Below, piece by piece: positions 12,801-25,822 of a stretch of DNA of 64,000 bases. Made by a program: the position numbers and the translations under genes. The number at the start of each line of letters is the position of its first letter. The stretch's first letter is position 1. This stretch comes from Sminthopsis crassicaudata (lineage: Eukaryota), in the NCBI RefSeq assembly GCF_048593235.1, contig NC_133621.1, positions 79,723,148 through 79,787,147 on the forward strand, read 5' to 3'. A model generated the notes under the pieces. That model was not told where the DNA came from and ran no database searches. It saw only the letters and a list, made by a program, of their open reading frames with translations.

Positions 12801-15668
12801 TAAGGGTAGGGTAATGGTGCTAATTTTTACTTATTTTGAAATAATGAGTAATAAGAACTAGAAATTATATTGTAATTTAGAATAATTTTTCTTTCCTTAT
12901 TTTCTTCTTATGTGGGCAACAGTAAATCAAATGGGGTCCACTGCGATACTATATGTAAAGTTTTTTGTGAACATTAAAAGAATAAATAATATGAATTATT
13001 CACATCTTTTCACCTCTTTGTAGAAACACATATATTTCTTCTTTCTGGTGTTGACTTCAAAAATAAATATGTAGCTTTAAGATAAAAATGATAGTAATTT
13101 AGATATATAAGAAGAGAGGAAAGCAGGATTCATATTGTATTATTAGATAAATTTAAAGTTTGAGAAAAATCTGTAATTTTACTAAAACTCTAAAGTCTAA
13201 CCCAGAACATGAAATGTCTCGTCAAACTTTAGGATGTTTCTAGAGAATTCATTGGCTCCTTCACATCACTTTGAAAAACCCTATTTTGACAGTTTATATC
13301 TGATTCAGAATAGGAGCTTAGAAAACAAAGATTAAGATTAAGGTCAGGGTCATGTGCCTGGCCAATCCTCACAATGACTATGCTATTGGAAAAGCATACC
13401 ACTTTATATTCCTCACCATTTTTGTTTTCTCTTTCATACATAAATAAACATGATTCTGAGTGTGTGCTTTTTGCCTTTTAGCTCAGAAATTCTGATGGTC
13501 CCTTTATGTTGAAATAAAGTTGCCTACAGATGTTTTCTGGCATACATAGCATCCTGAATCCTCCAAAGGTGGTCACTTCTGCCAGGTCATCAGACATAGT
13601 GATCTGTTCTGGTTTAAACATATTATTAACATTATTCTGTTGAAATTTATAGGCTCAAACATATCTGCCATGTTCTTTTGGTGACTATGTGGTTTACATA
13701 TTTTCCAGTGACGCAGATACTGTCTACCCAGCACATAGCATTCATGAAATCTTACACTACATTTACTGGTTAAACTTTGATTGGATAGGAAATAGTTGTC
13801 TCTTTTTTCTTACTTATAGACACAAGGAAGAAAGTATACCAGACTGAAGAATGTTCAAATTTTTATTTCTTTCTTGAATATATCCAGATTCCCAGTATTG
13901 TAGAGTTTACATTTTAACCTGGCTGGTTAATGATTTCCATCACTGAGTTTCTTTCTGTTTCTTGTCCCTCTCCTCCTTCTTCTCTTTCTCCTTCTCCTTC
14001 CTTTCTCTTCCTCTCTTCTGTCAGTTTTCTTTGGAATTCTTCCACCAGCACATATTTGGAAATTATAAATTATTTCTAATCAAGAATGGTTTATATTCTT
14101 CCCTTCTGCTCTTCTCCTCTTCCCATTCTTTTCTTCATTTTCCTCCTTTCTTTCCTCTGTCTTTGAGTTTGTGTATATCCTTGATACAGTTATCCTTCAA
14201 CTGAAATATTTCAGGTGTTAGAATTCTTGTATGATATTGTCCTATAGGCTTTCTCTGCAACTCTGACTTATTTGCAGCTTTTTGATAGAGAAAACCTCAA
14301 ACTCTGACATTCTTACTGGTATTGTGTCAACAAAACATCAACATGAAGCAAACACACATTTTCTAATGTGCCAGCTAAGTTTGAAAAATCACCCATTAGT
14401 GCCAGTGGTAATTTTGCTGAAGGGAGGGAGAAGGAGATGGCACCAGGAAGAAGGGAGAAAGGAGATAGACAGCCTTAGAATCAAGTTCTGTCAATTACGG
14501 AAACCCATGCCCCATCATTACCCAGAACCAGAAAACCCAAGGCAAATCATAGTGTGAATCTCATCTTCCTTAAAATGTATTGTTTAAAGGAAATACTTGC
14601 ATTTATGAAATCATAGATTCCCCTGGAGTGTGTGAGTCCTTCGATTTAAACTATGTAATGTAAAAAATAAATGAAGTGACAAAAGTGCAAGCCTTTTGAC
14701 ATCTTCCTACAAACTCTATTGATGCTTGTCTCTCTAAGGCTAGTAACGTAGTGGGAGATTCTATAACCTGAATAATAATAAAATCATTATCATTGTAATG
14801 GATAATTATTATAATTAACTTGAAGTTAATGTCATGGCCATGGTCACCATAGGAACTAACTCTCAAAATAATTTCCAATAGGTCTATATCTCCTCCCATT
14901 GAATTGTAAATCATAAAAGAATTTCTCTTACTTATGCTAGATTAAAGTAGTGGGGAACAGGAAGGTGAGGCCTACCCTGACACTTTTATACCAACCAATC
15001 AAATTAAGGTTGGGAAGAACAGGTGATAAATGAATGTACTTATACCTTCAGTTTTTCTGTGATTTATTGATATGAGCTAAATGGCTCATTTTGGCTTGCA
15101 CTACCTCTTTAGGATTAAATGCTATGCCATAATTTTTAAAACATTTGAAAATATATTTGCTATTTATTGGAAATAACTTTTGGAAAAATATTTTTTCCTA
15201 TAGATTTTGAAAAACTGATGTATTTAGTTTATGAAAGAGAAGAAACTTTTTTCTCCATATTTTATATTCCCCATTCCTTGTCTTCCCATTAGGCTCCCTT
15301 TTTTCATTTTACCTTCATTTAATTGGGCATCTTCATGATACAAAAATAGTATATTTTGCTGCTTTTTTCATTGCCCTTAGGTGGCAATAGACATAATTTA
15401 AGTATATAATTATCTTTGGTAAGTATGTCCTTCATAGTACTCAGTACATAGTATTCTCCCCTACAGCCATTGGCCCACAATCTTTCTATCTCCTCTCTGC
15501 TCCCCACTCCTATTTGGCTGATGGGAACTGTATTCATGATTTCTTGTTGCTGGGTCACAGGGTAAGCATAATTTATTCCTATAGAAATCAGCATAGCTGT
15601 AATTTAAAATTCCTCCAAGTGAATTATCACAATTATCTATCTGTTTTTTCTTTTCTCATTGAATTTAG

Positions 15669-15779
15669 GGGTGGATCAGGCCTTGCCACAAGAACGCCGG
15701 ACTCCTGTTACCCCTTCCTCCTCCTCAAGATATCACCGCCGTCGGTCCTCAGGGTCCCGGGATGAACGATATCGATCTG
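15669..15779 (+). CDS. DIP2C: DIP2C exon 3 (111 nt): (G)VDQALPQERRTPVTPSSSSRYHRRRSSGSRDERYRS
   Basis: Acceptor ttttttcttttctcattgaatttAG at 15667-15668, donor CTG|GTAAGG at 15780; in frame with exons 2 and 4. Confidence 0.96.
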
Positions 15780-16454
15780 GTAAGGTGCTAAGTTTAAGGA
15801 GACACTGCCCACCTAAACCAGACTGATCATAAATTGAAATGTGTAGTGAAGAGTAGAATTAGAATGACAAGTTAGGAGACGGAGGGTTTGGAGTTCTCAA
15901 TAGTTCATTTCCCTAAAGGTAAGTTTTGATGAGCTATCATTGTAATCTTGGGATGAATAGATCCTAACCTTTTCATTATATGTTGTTTAGAACAAGTGAC
16001 TATCTGGGGTGAATGCTATCACTCTTAACAGAACTTCACTTCTTAAAGAAGATCTTTTATTTATATTTATGAACAAAGTTCATATTTATAAAATTTATAA
16101 ATATGCAAATTTAATAGATTTTATGTAATAATTTAAGAAAAATTAAGAGATTTTTTTTTACTTTATAAACAAAATTCTACTGATGACTTAAGTTTTTGTA
16201 GCTAATATATTTATCTTCTTTACCCATACTATACTTACATCATGTACCTTTGTTTCTCTCTCTTAAGCAAAACTATTTCTATTTGCCAAGGAGACTTTAT
16301 TTTTAATCTAAAAAAAGTTCTGAAAATGTCATACCATGTGTACTTGCTACCATAATATCTTTCATATTCCTTTTGAAACCATCTTATCTTGGCATTTTCA
16401 TTCTCATTATAGTTGTCACTTGGCCTAAACCTATTTCATCATTATTTTCTTTTT

Positions 16455-16760
16455 TTCCTCAATAATATTTTATTTTTCCAATTACATGAAATGATAGTTT
16501 TCAACATTCATTTTTGCAAGATTTTGATTTTTTAATTTCTTTTTCTCCTTCCTTCCCTTACCACCGTCTTCTTCTCAAGACATTAAGCAATCTGATATGG
16601 TTATACATATATAATTGTTTTGAACTTATTTCCATATTAATCATGTTGTAAAAGAAAAATTAGAAGAAAAGGGAAAAAAACACAAAAAAGAAAAAAGGAA
16701 ACAAGCAAAAAGGTGAAAATAGTATGCTTCAATCTGCATATAGTCTCCAGAGTTTTCTCA
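16455..16760 (-). mobile_element. L1 3' UTR fragment
   Basis: tattttatttttccaattacatg..gatagttttcaacattcattttt motif shared with 55158 and 62355 copies. Confidence 0.7.
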
Positions 16761-17804
16761 CTAGTTCATCCAATGATTTCACAGTAGAAAACTTGCTACC
16801 ATGATAATTTAAGAGATATTTTCCCCTCCCCCTGCTTCAACATCCAGATTTTTAAAATACTTTTATCAGGGTAGGAAAACGTTGGAACACTGAAATACTA
16901 TGTTTTTCTCCACCTGAGATTTTGTTAAAGAAAATCTTGTAAGCTATTGTGTTTGTTCTCGGATTATAGAGCATCAGATCAGAGTATGCCGTGGAATGGT
17001 GATAATAGTAACAATGATAATGCTTCTCCCTATTAGCCAGAAGCCTTTCATTATAAACCACCAAGCATTTACACATGGGCAGCTGTCTGGCAGTCTGCCT
17101 GCCTCTGTTTACCCTCTGGAAGGGAAGAAAAGGAAGACAAAGAAGATTTCTGGCACTTGGGCAAAGAAAGGGTAATGGCCCCTTGATTAGCATGAGCCCC
17201 TGCTTAACTGATGCTTCTCCCATCTTGTTGGAAAAGCTGAAAGGCCTGGGCTATGTGGAAAGTGGCTTTGTTCCCAGATGTTAGTTCCCCCCCTTCTCAG
17301 GTTGTAGAACTATTCCCAAATTGGTGCTCATACCGAAGACTATGTGTGCATTTTTCTCTCAGGCATCTTGGAAACTTGTTCTGACTTATCAGAAGAGTAA
17401 TCCATTGAAGAGATCTAGAAGGAAATCCAGGAAGTCTTATTTTAGTTTCTGCCGTCTAAATTAGATTCCTGACATTATTTCTATAAACTTGGCCAGGAAA
17501 AAGAAACAAACAACCAGCAAAATCATCTCCCTGCATTTAGCATGTACATGGTATTTTTAAAGATTTCAGATATTTTAAAATAGCTATTAGGAATGACTTT
17601 TAAAAATCAGTGAATCAGTGTTTATTAAGTACCTACTAAGTTCCAGGACTATGCTAAGGGCTAGAGATACAAAGAAAAACAAAACAAAAAAACCCCTGGT
17701 ATTTTCTTTCAAGGATCTCATGGTGTATCATTACTCAGTTTACCTAGTTGTTTGTTCTAGAGGAAAAATTACTTAGGGTGATAAGAAGGAGAAATGTTAC
17801 AGAA

Positions 17805-18036
17805 CAAGAGTTCTTAATCTTTTCATGGATCTCTTTTGTAGTACAGTGAAACTCAGAGAGTTCTTCTCTGAATAATGTTTTTAAATGAATAAAATAAAAT
17901 GTATAAAATTATAAAAGTAACCAATCATATTAAAATATAGTTATTAAGATATTTTTTACAAAATTCACAGATACTGAAATCTATCTATGGACTCCTTAGG
18001 GGGATGGGTCCATGGATCCTAGATTAAGCATCCTTG
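17805..18036. mobile_element. Old hAT-Charlie MITE (Charlie4-like)
   Basis: TIR-like ends caagagttcttaatc / gattaagcatccttg; degenerate 8-bp flanks ttacagaa / atatagag; internal ttctctgaataatgtttttaaatgaataaaataaaa shared with the copy at 46935. Confidence 0.65.
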
Positions 18037-18679
18037 ATATAGAGGCAAGGGAACAAGGATATCAGAAGAAAGGACTATATTGAGCCATTTGGCAAGTTTT
18101 TAATACACTTGGGAGTAGATTAAATGTTTAAGTCCTTTGGAATAGAACTGGAATACCATTCTACTTTTATTTATTCACCTGCCCACATAATCCCAGACTT
18201 AGCTTATGACTCTTATTTTTGGTTCTCAGTAGCATCCTCTGAGTTAGATTGTCAAATAGTTATTAAGCTTGAGTCTTATTATATATTCCATTAGCCTTTT
18301 AGAACTAGGCAACTGTTCAAGTCTAGAACTTGGGAAAACCAAACTCGCTACGCATTTGACCATATCCTGCATCTCCCTCATTTGACTATATTCTTTGGAG
18401 AATTATTTTTCCAGTTTGTGATGTGCTTCAACAATATTTTTAGTGCCCAGAAGATACTGTGGGGGTTGCTGTTTTGGTATAAACCTATGCACTTTTTTAT
18501 TTCCAGCTCTCAATTCCAATACAGTCTTATGCATAGAACTCATTTAATACGTGTTTAAATGAAGGAATGCTCTCATAATAGTAGTACTTCAGAAAGTGCT
18601 GACATAATAGTTATCCTGGGGAGCAACTATAGAGGCAAACTTCATATAGTAGTCTAAGCTGCTCCTCTGTACTTTTTAA

Positions 18680-19705
18680 AATAATTTTTTCTAATTAATG
18701 AGCATTTATTTTTATCCTTTTCCTGTTTAAAAATATGATTATATATCTACATACATATAGATAAATATATATACATATATACAAATAGAAGATTGTATTT
18801 ATAGAATATTATGGAATATTCTATATATATAAAGACTACTTATTATTTATTATATAGAAGTCTGTGTATATATATGTATATATATAAAAGTAACAATAAC
18901 AAAAACTATATATATATGTATATGAAACAAATATACCTAATTGAATAAAAACTATTCCTACTTTGGCTATGTCCAAATAAATCTGCCTCATTCTTCATCT
19001 TGAAACTATCACTTCTTTGTAGAGTTTATACAGTTCTTCATCTGTCCTCTAGAATTGATCTTTGTACTGATCAGAGTTCTGATTTCTTCAAAATGGGTGT
19101 TTTTTTTAAACATAATATTGTTATTGTAATACAAATTGTTTTCTTGGTTCAGCTAACTTTACACTGTTTACTTCATACAAATTTTCTATTTTCACTTTTA
19201 TCATTGATACATTAGTATTCCATTATTTTCACATTCAAATAGTTCATATTTGTTTAGCCATTCAACAATTGATGGATACTCCTTTAGCTTCCAATACTTT
19301 TCCATTATTAAAAGAGCTACTAGAAATATTTTTGTACGCATGAGTTCTTTTTCTCTTTTGATCTCCTTGGGATATGTATTGGCCTAATAGTGGTAATGCT
19401 AGGTCAAAGATTACATACAGTTAAGTTAACTTTGAGAAAGCTATGGTTCCAAACTTTCTAAATTGGCTGTGCCACTTTACAGTTTCACCATTACTGCACC
19501 TATATGCCATTTTACTCTAAGCTCTTCAGGATTTATCATTTTCATTTTTTGTCAAATTTGTAAATTTGTAATTGCTTTAATATATATTTCTCTAATTATT
19601 AATGATTTGGTGCATTTTTTCATATGGTTATTGATAAATTCAGTTTCTTTGAAAACTGCCTGTTCATTTCTTTTAACCATTTATCAATTTGGAAATGCCC
19701 TTAGC
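18680..19705 (-). mobile_element. Degraded L1 3' region with internal AT-rich expansion
   Basis: Similar to the 27903-29470 element (ttgtttagccattc..caattgatgg..; ctaatagtggtaatgctaggtcaaag; gaaaactgcctgttcatttc..). Confidence 0.7.
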
Positions 19706-22700
19706 TATTAAGAAATTATAATAATGGACTTCCACTTAGATTTTTCAAAAAATCCTTTATCCCATCCTCTCTTCTCCCACCAACTGCCTCTCTATGGGAG
19801 TTTAAGTACATTTTAAAACTACAAATGCTTCAATAATTTGCTGAAATGCAATAATGTCTTTTCTCTTGGGATATGTACATAATACACGATAATCTACACT
19901 TTCAGAATTTGCATGTTTGTATCTTTCAGTTTAGTTTCACTTGAGTTTGCTTAATAAGCACTTCATATTCATTCTTTCATTTGATTATCATATTAACCCT
20001 AAGAACGTGAGTTGCCAAAATATTGGGTGAGTTGCCTTAAGCAAGCAAGTGGCAAAGATAGCATGTCAAGGACACCTTTACTCTGCCTAATAGGCCCCAT
20101 TGCTTCTTATATAGAAAATGGGAAATTCAGCATGGCAGACCGAAGGAATACTAAGTTGTTTTTATGTTTCCTTATATTTATTAGAGAGTTGACATGTAGT
20201 CTTTGCTTACATTACTTTACTTAAAATACATTTTTAAAAATAAAGGACAAATATAAAGTTCATTTATCAAGTACTTATTAATAATTTATTAAACAAGTTA
20301 AGGACCTGGGTTTAAACATTTCCTCTTCCACATTGTTGTTGGGCAAGTCCCTTAGCTCTAAGGATCTCATTTTTTTTCATCTGAAAAGTGATAGGAGTCC
20401 AGGAGTCTAGAATAGATGACCTGTAGGTCATCCCTTCCACCTCTGACCAAATATAATGGAAAATAAACTGTTTGTCAGAAAATATTTATTAAACATGTGC
20501 TATGTACCAGTACTGTTCTGAACTATAAATTATTTTTATTTTAAAGTTTTGTCTAATATATAGTGTTATATTATATGACACTATTATATATTATATAATG
20601 CCTTATGTTAAATTCTGGGAATACAAACACAAATGTAAACCAGTAACACAGGAACACAGAGCTTTTATTTTCTAGTAAGATGAAAACAGGTATATGACAG
20701 TATTAGCTAGGAAAGGACATTTTGATCTGGGGCATGGTGGATCTCTGTGAATTCACAGAGCAGCTGATTGACATCCTCTTCAGCAGTATTTGTAATGTTC
20801 AAGAATTAATTGATAACAAGCTAAAAAGAATGCTCAAGGAATGAAAAATGGCATAAGCCTCTCCAACAAGAGTTAAGATGGGTTATACAGAGCTGATCTA
20901 TTAGCCCTTAATTCACTATGCTAACTTGATTTTAAACTGGATTCAATTATGATACCCAAATCAGAAGGTAGAACATGTATATGTGGCTGACTTTCTTGTA
21001 TTCATAGGATGGTAAATGATGATTTGAAGAGACCACCTAGCACAATCTCCTACTTTCCCTTTTTTATTTAGATGTGAACATCGAGACACAGGGAGGTCAA
21101 ATGATTTGCCCAGAATCGCATTGGTAGAAACTTTGAGAGATGAATTATGAAATTAGATCTGTGGATTCTGGAGTCACTCTTCTTTCCAATGTAGTAAGAG
21201 AACCGTTTCCAGTGAGGGTTTCTTTAGTTCTTTACTCCCCCTGCCTCCACCCAAGTTTTAACCTATTATCTCATTGTTATTTTATCCTACTTATTCACTG
21301 TTTCTATGATTTATTACTTGACCCATTCTTTCAAACCTTTCCATCCCCAAGCCACCTACACTCACTCCCCTTATAATAAATGCTTTTAAAAGTGAAATTT
21401 TATTCAAATGATGGAAATGATGAGAGAATGGGAGGGAAGACAGTTTCCCTAAAAACAATCACTTCTGTTGATTTTTCTGACTTTTGGTGGTAGTTAAAAA
21501 ATCCTTCAGTAGTTGAATCAGTATTTATCTGAGCTCCAGAGCTCCTGGAGGTCAGGTATATTGGGGAATATAATCTCCATAGTAGAAGACAGAAATAGAA
21601 AGAAAAGAAATATCTCTTTAGCTGGTTGACATCTCAGGAAATGTAAATGAGGCACTATTCATAGAAACAAAAAAAACTATGGTGTCCAGTATTCAAGAAA
21701 TGGAGAATGTGATATCATATTTTCCGATGACCTCCCAGAGTCATATTGATATAGAGAATCCATATAATGAGAGTGCGATAGGCAAGGACCAAGGATTCAG
21801 AAGAGCTGCCCTTTGCATCCTATCTTCAATGTAATAAAGCAGACTTTCTTGGAAGGTCTCATCAGCTGGTTCATGTGTGGATATTGTAATCAGGGCTGTT
21901 TCCTATCTCCCTTCTTGTCAGGCTGGCTTATTGTTTATGAGTCTATCATCTGCTCTGGTCTATGACCTTGCGGGAAGCAACCATGATATAAAAAATGTAC
22001 AAGCAAGTTCATCTGGGGGCATATGATCCATGCTTCATTTTAATGCCCTTGCAATATCAACATAATATTATGAAAGGGCTAGAAGTCCAGGTGTTAGCTG
22101 AGAATCCAATCTGAATATATGGTGATTTCCATGCTTTCTCAGAGAGATCATTAAGTCAGGAGCAGGCTGTGCAGCTTTGTTTGAGAAACATATCAGATTC
22201 CAGCTCACCAGAAAACAGTATCATCATGATGTTTTTAGAAGCATCAGAAAACCAGAGGCAGTTTATATTGCTACATGCCAGGAATGTTCTATACCGCCTT
22301 GAATTACAGTGAAATCTCACTTTCTCAAACAGTCAGAGACAGAGAATTTTATACCTGGAAATAATGTCAGATAATATAGAGTCCAACCCACTCATTTTGC
22401 AGAGGAGGAGACTAAGACCTAGAATGACATGATGGAAAACTAAAATTCAAATTTCCTTCCTGGTTAAGAAAATTGAGAAAAGGATGAGTTTAGAATACAA
22501 ACAGCAGTAGGTTTATGATTCAAGGGCCAGGGGAATTCTAGTTAACTGTCAGTCATTAGAAAACAAATTTCTATCTGTATTTATGGAAAAACTGAATATC
22601 CCTGAAGGTTTCTAGGAGTTGCTGTTGCTGACAGCCTCCAAGACAGACTTCCAGCCCCTTCCATTAGTGACAGCAATCATCTATGTAGCACTCTTTCTTC

Positions 22701-24089
22701 AGTTATACAACACCTTAAATACATGATCTAATTTGCTCCTTGTAAGAATGGTGCTTGAAACAAGTCTGCATTGTGTGGCACAAAATCTTATTAGGACTTC
22801 ATTCAGCCTTAATTCAGAAGACTGCAAAAACTCATGAAATCGTGGGACAGTATCTGAGTTTAAAGACAGAAGATTGGTTCACACTTTGAAAGGCTTAAGA
22901 ACACTGATCAATATAATGACCCAACATGATTCCAAAGATCTGATGATGTAGTGATGTTGTCCACCATCTGCCAGAGAGGTGATAGTTTCAGGATGCATAA
23001 TGAGACCTATTGTCTGGATATTGTCAATGCTGCAATGTATCTTGTCTGATCTTCCTTTTTCTGAACAATTCCTCCTCCCACTTTCCAGTGGTAGTGCTGG
23101 GTGGGAGGGATAGAAAAGGGATTTTAAAAATTGATTAATTTTTTAAAAATAGTTTTGACTGGATGATTACAAAGATCTCTTCCTGCTCTAAATCATGTGG
23201 TCATATGAATTCCCTGAAGGAGTCTAACAGTTGTCACTGACTGGAGAAGGAAAAAAAAAGACCTTGTTGGGGGAGGGGGATTCACAGAGATAGTGATAGC
23301 TATAGAGGGGGTATCCTAGCAAGAAGAAGTCAGCGGAAATACAGGCTGATATTATCCTCAGATTATAGTGCTGGACTTTTAGTAAATGGTTGTAAAAGCA
23401 GATATTATTTACCGTTTATTTATCCATATCTGACTTGCAAAGTGGTTTACCATCATTTTCAGGCTTTTTCGCAATTTGTGTAGAGAAATGTAACTGCTCC
23501 TGCTACTTTGCCTGACTGCAAATATAAGAAGTGCTAAATAAATTCTTTCCTGGTAATGTAATGATCTCTAAATTTATTTCACAGCTACACAAGACTGGCT
23601 TTAAATATCTCTTTTTCCTTAGTAGATGGACACTTTTAGGCCATCAGAACTGAAAGACTCAAACTGAATAAAATATAAACTGCTGTAGCAGAGAAAGGAA
23701 GCTGGGCTACAAGGAGATTTACTTAGTTTTGCTTAATGTCACCAGGCAACTTAATTGAAATGCCTCACAAGCTGGATAATGAATCTACTTATCTCCAAGC
23801 ACAAATGGAGCATTTACTCTTCTTAAATATGATACCTCATTCATTGCCACGTATTGATTACCTAGAATGTACTTAGGAGAGCATCTAATGTATATAGCAA
23901 TGTAGAAGATTCACAACAATCATTTCCTTCTTGATAAACTCTTTAAACTAATGCTCTTATATAGACTGACAGATTATTTATCCTCTGTACTAATTTTTCC
24001 TTCAAAAACACCACCTGGATAAAAGTAGAAGGGCTTGCTTGTAATCCCATAAACATATTACATATCTGTGTTGGAAGAGACCTCACAGC

Positions 24090-24670
24090 TCAACAAATAC
24101 TTTAAAAATATATTTTTTTCTTTTGCTTTTACATCACCCAGATTTCCTCCATATCCTTCCACTTTTCACTTCCAAATGAATCATCTTAGGACAAAGAATT
24201 TTTAAAAAGCTGGATGGATGGAAATCACCAAAATCTATCAATAAATTGAAAAAAAATTGACAATATATGCCATGCTCCACCTCTCCCTCCTTCCCTCTAC
24301 CTGTGCAAAGAAGTAGGGGGAAATTTCTTCTAACATCTCTTCTTTAGGACCAATTTTTTTTCTTTGTAATTTTCCCCAATCACTTTCAATTGTTTTGCAG
24401 TAGATTTGGGGGGATTTTGTCCTAATATTGGACTTGTATATATGGTTTATTGATTCTTCTTAGTTATATAATTGTGCATCTAAGTCTTTCTATTATGAAG
24501 ATAATCATTATGTTCCTTTTTTCTTATAGCACAATGTTATTCCATTACATTCATGTATCTAAATTTGTTTAACCTATCACCATTTTATGGGCATCTATTT
24601 TATTTCTCATTCTTTGCTACTGAAAAAGTGCTTGTTATGAAGATTTTGGAGTATATGTAGCCCTTCTTTT
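24090..24670 (-). mobile_element. Degraded L1 3' region
   Basis: tccattacattcatgtatc..ttt..tctcattctttgctac..aaaagtgc resembles the other L1 3' fragments in this window. Confidence 0.55.
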
Positions 24671-24714
24671 TATCATGTTAACTGAAAAAGCATGCTATCA
24701 ATGACATACTTGTC

Positions 24715-25330
24715 AAGCTGTCATCTGGCCTCCTCTAATACTCCTGGTGATAATCCTTTTTCTCTAGAAGCTCTGACGTATACTTTTGGACAGTTCTAAT
24801 TATTAGAGAGTCTTTCCTTATGCTATTTTGAAAACTGTCTTTGTGATTTCCGTACTCTGTTTCTATTCTACCCTCTGGGCCTAGGTAATACAAATGTAAT
24901 CCTTCTTTTATATTGAAATCCTTTAATTTTTAGGCACTCGTGGCCCATGTAAGTCTCTTCTTTACAAGATTTAAACATCCTCAGTCCCTTCATGTAATTA
25001 CCATATTCCATAGTCTCTAGCCTTCTCTCTAATGGATTCCTTACCAATGCTCACATTCTCATTTGTCAAAATTTTACCTCAGACAAGAACACATAGAAAG
25101 CAACATGATGTAGCAGTCACACACACACACACATTTCATAACCTAACCCAATTACCAAAATTGTCAACCTCAGAAGGGAGAGCATGTCCTGATATTGAAC
25201 TACTTTTTGAGAAGCATTTTGTCCACAGTTGTTGCTACATCATTTTGCTTTTCTCATCTGGTTTTAAAATCTTGTTTTGGAGGGGCACCTCATGGTTCTC
25301 TAGGTCATGCTTATCTTTTCATTTTTGTAA
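24715..25330 (-). mobile_element. CR1/L3 LINE fragment
   Basis: ttttggacagttctaattattagagagtctttcctta..taagtctcttctttacaagatttaaacatcctcagtcccttca. Confidence 0.65.
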
Positions 25331-25459
25331 TATTGTCCCTATCCAATAATGAACTCTCCTTTATCAGTGAAAATGATTCTATTCCTCCATCACCCATGTG
25401 TTTTAGTTGACTTAGTTTCTGCTGTTAGTAATAGTGATGTATGTGAACCACCCACTTGT

Positions 25460-25756
25460 TTTTTTTCCCTTTTTTTAAATTAACTTTTATAATTATAACA
25501 TTTTCTTTGGCAGTACATATGCATAGGTAATTTTTTTTTTACAACATTATTCCTTGTACTCTCTTCGGTTCCGAGTTTTTCCCCTCCTTCCTTCTACCCC
25601 CTCCCCTGGATGGCAGGCATTCCCATATATATTAAATATCTTATGGTATATCTTAAGTACAATATATATGTGCAGAACCGAATTTTGTTGTTGTTGTTGT
25701 TGCAAAGGAAGGATTGTATTCACAAGGTAAAAATAATCTGGGAAGAGAAACAAAAC

Positions 25757-25787
<31 letters not shown>

Positions 25788-25822
25788 CCCAACAATGCTC
25801 ACAATTTACACTCATTTCCCAT
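25460..25822 (-). mobile_element. 5'-truncated young L1 (3' UTR plus polyA)
   Basis: T-rich tail at left; perfect 16-bp TSD TGAACCACCCACTTGT at 25444-25459 and 25823-25838. Confidence 0.85.

Noticed and set aside
15904-15924. Perfect AAG|GTAAGT donor 139 nt downstream of the exon 3 donor; possible 15-nt microexon
   Set aside because: Upstream acceptor lacks a pyrimidine tract; extension gives a premature stop; one such motif per tens of kb is expected by chance
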